From the NCBI GenBank assembly GCA_002245135.1, contig NGBS01000326.1, forward strand, positions 51,231-71,230: a stretch of 20,000 bases of DNA, in the 5' to 3' direction. A program made the position numbers and the translations under genes. The stretch comes from Proteromonas lacertae (taxonomy: Eukaryota). Shown piece after piece: positions 11,701 through 20,000 of the stretch (positions are counted from its first letter, which is position 1; each line of letters starts with the position of its first letter). Below the pieces are notes generated by a model that saw nothing but the letters and a program-made list of their open reading frames with translations, had not been told where the DNA came from and did no database searches.

Positions 11701-12030
11701 TTCCAAGTCTCTATTGTAATATTCTCTGCAATATATCATATATTCACCATAATCATTCATATCATACATTCTATATCGATAAATGAAGGAGGAACAATAA
11801 TCTGACATAAAGGAGATATTCTCTAACAATTTTAATATTCGCTTCTCTTTTATTTCACATACATTAAACACTTTCAACTTTTGAATATCATTTTCATATT
11901 CTACAACTAAATCTAACTCATTAACACTCCTATCTATTCTCTCTTTCTCCTAATAAAAATAAATTAATTCAAATACTTTCATATCATGTGCTAATTTAGC
12001 ATATAACACTTTATCTATCAAATACAACAT
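8755..12030 (-). pseudogene. Pseudokinase plus RNI-like leucine-rich-repeat gene with multiple frame disruptions (probable pseudogene)
   Basis: Exon 1 12030-11977, 27-nt intron, then a kinase fold (GNLKSSNVI, LKLCDLL, FKSPEEL, IWSIGCILYEMICKKLPF). LRRs follow (NRIGVKG, GNEIGDEGMKIL, NNIDSDGIEYL, NPIGNAG, NNKITSNGLKEL, NPIGDEGIEII) with introns 10539-10571, 10102-10130, 9901-9930, 9693-9730, 9317-9345, 9051-9082. About six frame breaks plus an in-frame TGA at 9570-9568. Confidence 0.7.
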
Positions 12031-12216
12031 TTCAAAATATTAAGTCGTTTCATTTATGGAATTTTTTTATTTACATACACGGAAATCATTCTAACATATT
12101 AATCTTATGTTTAAACACTTAAAAATAACATCATTATTTATGTAATTTATGTAATACATGTAATTTTAACTAATTTCTCTAAAATATCATTAATATTACA
12201 TAAAATAAAAATTAAA

Positions 12217-15200
12217 TTACTTATTATCAACATCAGAATCAGAAAAAAAAACGTCAACTTTACCACCACCTCCATTCACAGCACCAGCACTTGGACTAAT
12301 CAATATCTGAGGAGGAGGACTAACTGCATCACCAACTGTATTTGTAGAACCAGGCAAAGGTATCATAATCTTAGTAGGTCCAGATATAACAGGTCGAATT
12401 CTTTTTGAATTAGTTATGGAAGTTTCATTCAAACTCAATCCAGGAACTAACAATCCACCACCTAAGGAATAAGTTGTTCTATTAAAACCACTAGTTGAAG
12501 ATGGTAAAGTTCCTATTTCATTGTAATTATTATTGTTATTACTGTGTCCTGGAATTCTTCCATATGAACTTACTCTTCTTCGACCATTTCCATTAATCAC
12601 ATTTCCACCTATACTGTTATTTCTCACATTTATATTCAATTGATTAAAACTTGGTAAATCATCAACACCAGCTGTCTGTTTTCTTGCTGATCTTGCTAAA
12701 TAAGCAGCTGCAGCATCTTCTCCTCCACCACCTTGAAATACATGACAATGAACACTACTTCTTCGACTTTTCATATCGGTTTGAGTGAGGTTTGTAATAT
12801 TACTCATTCGATTCTCTTTAGTTGTAAAGTTTACTTTACTGTTTCTACTGGTATTTGATTGATTATTATTGTTATTATTATTATCAATCACAAAACCAAT
12901 ATCATATAAATAATAGAACTTTGGAAACCATAATATTATTTCACATATTATCAACGCTATTGGATAAATTATCATTAATAATAAACCAACTGCTATTGGA
13001 TCGTTATATGTATAATTATATATTAGCAACATTGTAATACTTGCATAAGACAAACAACTAATAATTGTAGAAAGGGACTGACTTTCATTGAATTCTTTAT
13101 CTACTTCAATTGTTCTCCAACTTTCATATAAACCATAAATATAGAATAAAATTACATATAATAAATGAATAATTACATAAGTATAAGAAAATGAACAAGA
13201 ACGGAAATATACTAATTCTATACTACTTGATTCTTCTATTATCAATCTTTCATTATATTTAGAGAATGGATCAATGAAATACCAAATCAAATCGATTATT
13301 GTATGACCTGATAAACTGATTATCAATATTGTAAAAACATAATAATCAGATATATGGAACTTCTTTAATAATGGATTATATAATAACTTGTCAATTCTCC
13401 AAGTTTTTAAATCCAAAGCTGATATAATATTTTGCAATCCAATAATGTAATAATGAGTAAAAAATGAACATGTAAAGTCACTATATCGTATAAAATACCA
13501 TAAATAACTAGCTAAAATTGAGTTATAAAATGCTATTCCAATATAAATCATCATATTACTACTGGAAGCTTTGATAATTTTACTCTTACGGAAGTAATAT
13601 ACAAATGCAATAAACGATAATATGAGTATGATATAGATGAAATGAAATATAAAAAATATTGTATAATACGTTGTACTTAAATGAAAATAAGTCTTTATAT
13701 CTGATGAAACACAATTCTCTTCATTATTATTAATAATTATTGGATCTTCGTAATACAAAATTGTATCACTTTTAATTTCTGCATAATTATAATTCAATGA
13801 TAAAATGTGTGATACACTACCTTTACCAATATAATTGAGATTATTATTGTAATTATTATTATTATTATTATTAATTTCACCAAATTCAACTGTTTCTAAT
13901 GCTTTTATTAAATAATCTTTATCATCATGATAGTCTTTGTGCATATCATTCTGTTTATATATTTCATATGTTTTAAATGCAGTAATTATATAATTGAATG
14001 ATATATCAACTATGTTTCTAAGTGGATTGCTATTATCAATATCATAACTATTTGTCTGTTCATATTCAACAACAATTTGGGGTAAGAAAGTAATGACATT
14101 TGAATTGTCTGTAATATTAACATTCTGTTTGTTGTTTGTTATGATTGAATGAAGTATAAAATGTGAATATTGAAATGGTGATAATTTCAATAATCTTGAA
14201 TATTCTGTATATTCTTCTAAACTTTTTTCTTTTAAAGACACCAATATTCCAACTTGATCTTTCTCATTCACTAATTGCCTAAAAATAGATTTACTATTGT
14301 TTGCATTATAACTGATAAATGAAATATTCATATTGTAATCTGAACATTTCTCTTCATATATCTCTTTTATTTCATTCATTGAAATAGATTCATTCATATA
14401 GCAGTTATTTTCATCATATAAATAATACAATTTTGTGTAATTAATCAAATTATAATAATTTAAAATCGTTGGAATTAAATTATACTCAGATTGCTGCATG
14501 TAAAATATATTCTTTTTACACTTCACTTTGAATGGTTTATAAAGCGTAACAAATATCTTTTCATCTTTCTCAAAGTAACGTAATAATTTGTAATAACAAT
14601 ACTCACTTAAACATCCAAATATCAACTTAATTTTATCATTTGTAAACATATTAGAAAGAGCAATTCCATCATCTATATCTTTATGAGTCAATAAATATGG
14701 ATAAATTGATACTTTTAAATGGGATTTGTAATTATTCAATTGAATTAGAATTGTTTCAATATAATATAATATTGATTGTGAAATATATCTATTCTTTGAA
14801 TCTAAAATTATACCAATTTGAATAAATGTAAAATTGTGATGATTTGTATTGTTATTGCCATTACTGGATATTTCTAAATCATCACCATCCTTACTTATTT
14901 TACAATAATAATTATAATTGTTATAAGTATTCTCCAATAAATTATAATATACAAAATAATGAATATCAGGAGTAAATTTCTCTATATCAATAATCTCATA
15001 ACTACCTAAATCCTCGATTTTCTCTATTTTAGCAATATAAATATTAGTTTCAAAATAGTTTTGTTCAGTTTTTCTAATTATTCCTGAAGGTGATTCTATC
15101 TGTTTATTTACTGAATATGTTGAAATTTTCTTTGGAATAAAACTGAAGCTTTTCATAACGTTTGACTTCCACGAGTATAAACCATTAAAGAATGATTCTG

Positions 15201-18185
15201 TGATATGATTCGGTATATAATCTTCATTTACTGATATCTTTAAAAAATTTAAAAAATGTACATTGATTTTGTATAGTGATGTTAATGATTTAATTGTATT
15301 TTCTTTGTTATTTATTAATGAATAATTCAATAAACTAGGAAAATAATTACTGACAGTCAATATTCCACTTGGTATTATATCTTTATACTTATTGATTTCA
15401 CTGTGTTGAAAGAAATTTTCATTCAATTTAATATCATAAAATGTGATATTTTGATGGTAGGATAATTGAATATTATTTTCTTTCAAGTATTGATAGACAA
15501 ATAGACTGTTTTCTTTATCCAAAACACTCACTATCACACATCTGTTACTACTAAAGCAATCCTTTAATAATGTGTTTAAATCATTCAGTCTTCTTTTACT
15601 AGTATAATAGTAGTAAATATTAAGAGGTAATAGTTTTGAAAACAATGATAAATATTCAACAAAATATATATTATTGCTATATAAACTATCTATTATTAAA
15701 GTAACAAAATTGAATTGATATTTCGTAATGTCTCTATATACACTCCACCAAGATCCAAGCATAGACATTCCACTTTGAATTATGTTACTGCTGCAATTAT
15801 AGGTGTTTATTATATTTGGATATAAATGCATTATTTTACTTCCATTATTGATTATATAATCATTTAAATAGATGATATTATTGGGATCTTTCCCGATATA
15901 TAAGAATATTAAATTATCTTTATATTTCTGTATTATATTGAAATATAATTTGATTAATTCTGAGGATGATATTGTTGTATTTACATGATATATGACTGGA
16001 TAGAAATAATTGTATTTACTTTCTATATTAAAACTGTCAATAAAATGCAAATAAATAAATAACAACGACAAATCTTCTATATGATGATAATTAAACAATC
16101 CACCAAGATAATAAACATTACTTTTCTTCTCTTGAAGTTTGTTTTTATTCAATGTTCTCAAATAATCTGTTTCTTCACATTTCATATTCTTATTTTTGTT
16201 ATATTTACATATATACAACTTATTATCAATAAAATTGTTAATATTGATCTTATATTCATTTGTAAATCCTTCTTTATCTTTATATAGATAGTTATCATAC
16301 TTCAATCTGAACTTAAAATTGGATGATTCATCTTTTACTATCAAATCTTTCACTATATTCATAATAAGTATAATTTCATAGTTTATATGTTCAATTTGTT
16401 GATTGGATATTCATTTTCTTCTCTATTCATTAAACTAAAGAAATTCATATTATCATTTTGTATTATATCATCATCATATTCTACAGATATATTTATGGAT
16501 AGAAATGTATAATTGTTGAAATTTAAACTATTTCTTATTCTCTTTATTCTATCAATATTATTGATGTTAAACACTATCAACATCTTTTCATCATCTTCGC
16601 CATCATTCTTTGATTCAATAAAATCAATACACTTGTTTATATCATCCTCAGATTTGATTTGATACTGGTTTGGTTTATCCAATGAAAATTCATCAAACCA
16701 TTCAAACATATCATCATTATAACTATCACTGTCATTAATAATCACTGTATTTTGAATATTATCATAATAATTTAATAATATATATTTAAATAATATATAG
16801 TATATTGAATTCAATTCTATTCCACTGTAATAAATATTGGATATTTCATCAACTGGAGGGTGATTAGAAATTGTTCCACTTAACCATACAATTTTATTTG
16901 TATTATGATTTTTGTATTTGAATATTTCAGTATAACAATCATTATTGCCATTTACAGTTAATAATAGGTAATCTTCATTATTATAATACTCTTCTAATGT
17001 ATTTAAACAGTTCTTTTCATCGGTTATACTAATGATTTTTGGTTTGTATATGACTTTTCCTTCACTTGTTAGATCATTTAATGAATTCACTTGAGATTTA
17101 AACTCTGAAATTAGATCCGTTTCATAATCTTCTTGGAGATTTCCAGAACTTTCTTCATTCTTCATTTCGGTTAATAATAGTAAGAATTTAACATTCTTCT
17201 TTTCATTTATATCTTTTATACTCTTCCTTTTCTCATCATTTTCATTTATGAAGATATTGTGAATATTTTTAAACACAGCTTTGTCATTGTATCTTTTTAT
17301 GAAATGAAGTATCGAAAATTGATTGGTTATCTTCAATTTGTTGTTACTACCTTCATTCAGTATATAAAAATCGATAAATTTTGTTCTATTAATATAATAC
17401 TATACAAATATATACATTTCATTCAAATAAAAATCTGTTGGCTCAATAATGTATTTGTCATTTACATAATTATATAACATATAAATACCATTCTCATCAT
17501 CTTCATCTAAATAACGATAATCATATGCAGGAAGCGGAAATAATCGATAATATTTGTTTTTAATTCTGTTTTTAGATTTTAAATTTATCATTTTATATGA
17601 TAATTTAAAATCTACAAATAAATCCATTATTATAGATGTTTCGACTGGATTATATTGCTTTTTAAAATCAGTTATATCTGTTATTGTGTCAAACTTGATA
17701 TCATGAGGGTATTCATGATAATAATGAGACTGGAGCATGTCTATAATCTCATTTTTAAAAGGATTTATAATTTCTGACAATATTACTAGCTTATTAATAT
17801 GCAATTCATGAAAATTTGTGAATACTATAAAATATATGAGGAAACATTATATACCTTCCTTTATTAATGTCTTCATATTGAACAACTTTATAATTGTTGA
17901 AGATTGAGATGTAATATTACTTACAAAAAATGGATAAAAATATATAGAACTTCCAACTGCAGTAACACTGTGACTGAAAGGATTAGTAAAACAAACCACA
18001 TCTTTAGGTGATATACTTCCACTGCACAGTTTATTACAATTATAATACGACAATATAGACAGGTTAGAATATCTCTCACGCAGATTTCTAGAATAATAGT
18101 GATCTGATTCAGAACTTTCAATTATAGTAATATCAGTGCATATAACATGGTAAAATAAAAATATTAGAATAAATAAATAACCCAT
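12217..18185 (-). CDS. Giant class C (GABA-B-like, 7tm_3) GPCR with very long periplasmic-binding-protein-like ectodomain; exons 18185-17855, 17824-17416, 17385-12217 (frame break at ~16386)
   Basis: Signal-peptide-like start MGYLFILIFLFYHVICTD. Two 30-nt introns (17825-17854, 17386-17415) join the N-terminal ORFs in frame. Seven hydrophobic segments at ~12915-13670 carry class C motifs FRKSKIIKASS, LKTWRI and EFNES. Low-complexity cytoplasmic tail. Confidence 0.8.
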
Positions 18186-18291
18186 ATTTCTTTTATTAAA
18201 TTAAAACGAATAATTATTCAAAAATTATATTCGTTTCTCTTTTTTGTTTATTTTTTTCAATTTTTGCTATAACCACTCAATCACCAAAAAC

Positions 18292-18299
18292 AACAAACA
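18292..18299 (-). terminator. TGTTTGTT putative polyadenylation-associated motif behind the cyclin J-like gene
   Basis: + strand AACAAACA equals TGTTTGTT on the gene strand, 35 nt after the stop codon. Confidence 0.5.
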
Positions 18300-18334
18300 C
18301 TTCATTCGATAATAATCAGATAAAATAATTTTCT

Positions 18335-19261
18335 TTACAATTTAGACACTGATCTCACATCATCAGGACTACTTTGAAGATTCTCTTTATCTTTACTGGG
18401 ATAATTCTCTAAATATGCACTCCACAAATGTTGAAACAAAGGTTCAATCTCATCACTACTATAACCACTCAATCTTTCATATTCCTCTCTCCACAACAAT
18501 TCAAAGTGTAATGCCTTTCTACAGGTAACTAAAATGCATGTAGCCAATTGAGATGGTTTGAACTGTTGATAATAATAATCTTGCATTGCAAATTCAGAGA
18601 AAAATTTGATATATTTCTTATATACTACTAAAGTGTTCTTTTCAACAGTTTTACCATTGCAAATATCATTGTTATAAATCACTCCCATTGTCAAATAATA
18701 ATCCAAAAAGTGTGAACAGGTGTAGAAAGAAATATTCCATTTTAATTTGTTTAATACTTCAGTTTCTGCTTCTATAACTATATCTACTGTGTATTTACTA
18801 TATTGCACGTATTTTAAAACTGCGGATATTGTAGGAACATCACAGTCTCTTTCTTCAAATTTTGCTAATCAATTAAATGTATAAGTTTCATATTATATAC
18901 CTGCTATAATAAAGCATACTATTGATATTAAGTGCAAACGTGATTTACACACTAAACTATTCTGCAATACTGTATCTAAATAACTAATTTGATAAACTCG
19001 AATAATCATACGTGACTGCTAGTTCAGCTGTAGTAAGACTTAGACAAAAATGACTTGTAGCTTCGTAGATCCAATCCACGAGGTATCTTCGATACTTCAA
19101 GTACGGCTTCTCTTCATTATAGCATTTATAGTGTACAAATAATTAAGGAATAAATAATGAAATATATAAAAGATATTTTCAGCTTCACACAACTTCAATG
19201 TTTCAAACATTTGCGCAGAGTCAACCCCACTCAAACGATTGATGCCATTCTTTACTTCCAT
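18335..19261 (-). CDS. Cyclin J-like cyclin; exons 19261-19177, 19132-19012, 18983-18901, 18864-18335
   Basis: Cyclin box RRYLVDWI...AVTYLD...AAKFEERDCDVP...ETEVLNKLKWNI. The C-terminal HFLDYYL...KYIKFFSEFAMQDYYYQQFKPSQLA...WREEYERLSGYS resembles cyclin J. Introns 19133-19176 (AT-AC), 18984-19011 (28 nt), 18865-18900 (36 nt). Confidence 0.88.
19133..19176 (-). other. U12-type (minor spliceosome) AT-AC intron, 44 nt
   Basis: 5' end ATATCTTT, branch-point motif TTCCTTAAT (19150-19142), 3' end TAC. Its removal restores the frame (AEN-YKCYNEEKPYLKYRRYLVDW); unspliced, the frame stops at TGA. Confidence 0.88.
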
Positions 19262-19338
19262 TGTTATACCTTTTAAATATCGGCCTTAATTATGTCTTAC
19301 TTCTTATTTCACAATCAAATGAGATTTTAAAATTAAAA

Positions 19339-19347
19339 GGCGCGAAA
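19339..19347 (-). promoter_or_regulatory. E2F consensus site TTTCGCGCC upstream of the cyclin J-like gene
   Basis: + strand GGCGCGAAA equals TTTCGCGCC on the gene strand, 78 nt upstream of the ATG, in otherwise CpG-poor DNA. Confidence 0.55.
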
Positions 19348-20000
19348 TGGTACCAAGCAAAGGTTTGTCCAAACATAAATTAATTTCACCTCTATTTCAG
19401 CTAATTATGATTATAATAAACATAGGTAGTATGCTAATTTCTAAATTAGAAGAATGAGCACTTGATACAGTAGATTTGAGGAAGTCGAACAAATTAATGA
19501 TCAACTAGTATACTCCATTTCCCATTCAATTTTATTTCTTTGCTTTCAATTTTGTTTTTGTTTTCAATCAAATATTCGAGCTTTTTTAAGCTCTTTTTTA
19601 ATTTTGTGTTTTCTTTTTTACTTAAGTTAAATGAGCAGTAATAGTAATACCAAAAATGGAAAATAATTTGGATTACATTTTCACATAATTTTACTCTGGG
19701 AAGTTTGGGTTTAGACGCGTGTTCAAAATTTGAACTCGCCTAATCTAGTTAGAGTTTGACTCTAATATTTTATATTACTTGACTATAATTGCTTAATTAA
19801 GAGATTCTGAGAAGATGGTAGAGATAGCACAACTATTTTTTGGTCTAATTTCACGATCTTTTAATGATTTGAGCATTTTTGATCCCAACCTATTGTACAT
19901 AATAACTGTACACAGGATCTCCAGTTTTTTTATTAAATATCTTACTATTAGATGAGAATGCTCAAAATATAATGTGTGATAACACAAGCTCGGCTTGAAT

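Noticed and set aside
8750..16287. Plus-strand ORFs 8750-8998, 8841-9086, 9158-9370, 10355-10561, 11345-11719, 12855-13037, 16081-16287 (also 938-1132, 5530-5733, 17259-17477)
   Set aside because: Antisense to recognisable minus-strand genes, with biased composition and no motifs.
4668..16390. Programmed frameshifting or insertional RNA editing as a common cause of the frame breaks
   Set aside because: The sites share no slippery motif or direction; decay or assembly error is simpler.
48..19261. Stop codons created by polyadenylation (Blastocystis feature)
   Set aside because: Every gene modelled here has a genomic stop codon at a plausible C-terminus.
2931..19261. Two cyclin genes within about 16 kb as a functional cluster
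   Set aside because: They belong to distantly related cyclin classes and are separated by four unrelated genes; probably coincidence.
19793..19987. 64-aa minus-strand ORF and overlapping short plus-strand ORF from 19815
   Set aside because: No recognisable motif or convincing splice model; it lies at the window edge and cannot be called.

Overview
Very AT-rich, gene-dense eukaryotic nuclear DNA; I found no prokaryotic features. Manual splicing resolves the fragmented ORF track into about 8 genes broken by tiny introns (mostly 25-38 nt, GTA...YAG). These introns, a TGTTTGTT motif behind two genes and a minor-spliceosome intron together suggest a Blastocystis-like stramenopile (inference). Gene order: ZCCHC10-like zinc knuckle (+), SLC25 mitochondrial carrier (-), P/U-type cyclin (+), Cys-rich/ankyrin protein (-), PAN3 (+), a multiply disrupted pseudokinase-LRR gene (-), a giant (~1,970 aa) class C GPCR-like receptor with a ~1,480 aa ectodomain containing periplasmic-binding-protein-like motifs (-), and a cyclin J-like gene (-). 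Most notable: a 44-nt U12-type AT-AC intron and an upstream E2F consensus site in the cyclin J-like gene, the giant GPCR with an unexplained frame break, an unassigned Cys/His cluster, and a TCAAACCG octamer upstream of all three + strand genes. All exon/intron models are my manual reading and have no transcript confirmation.
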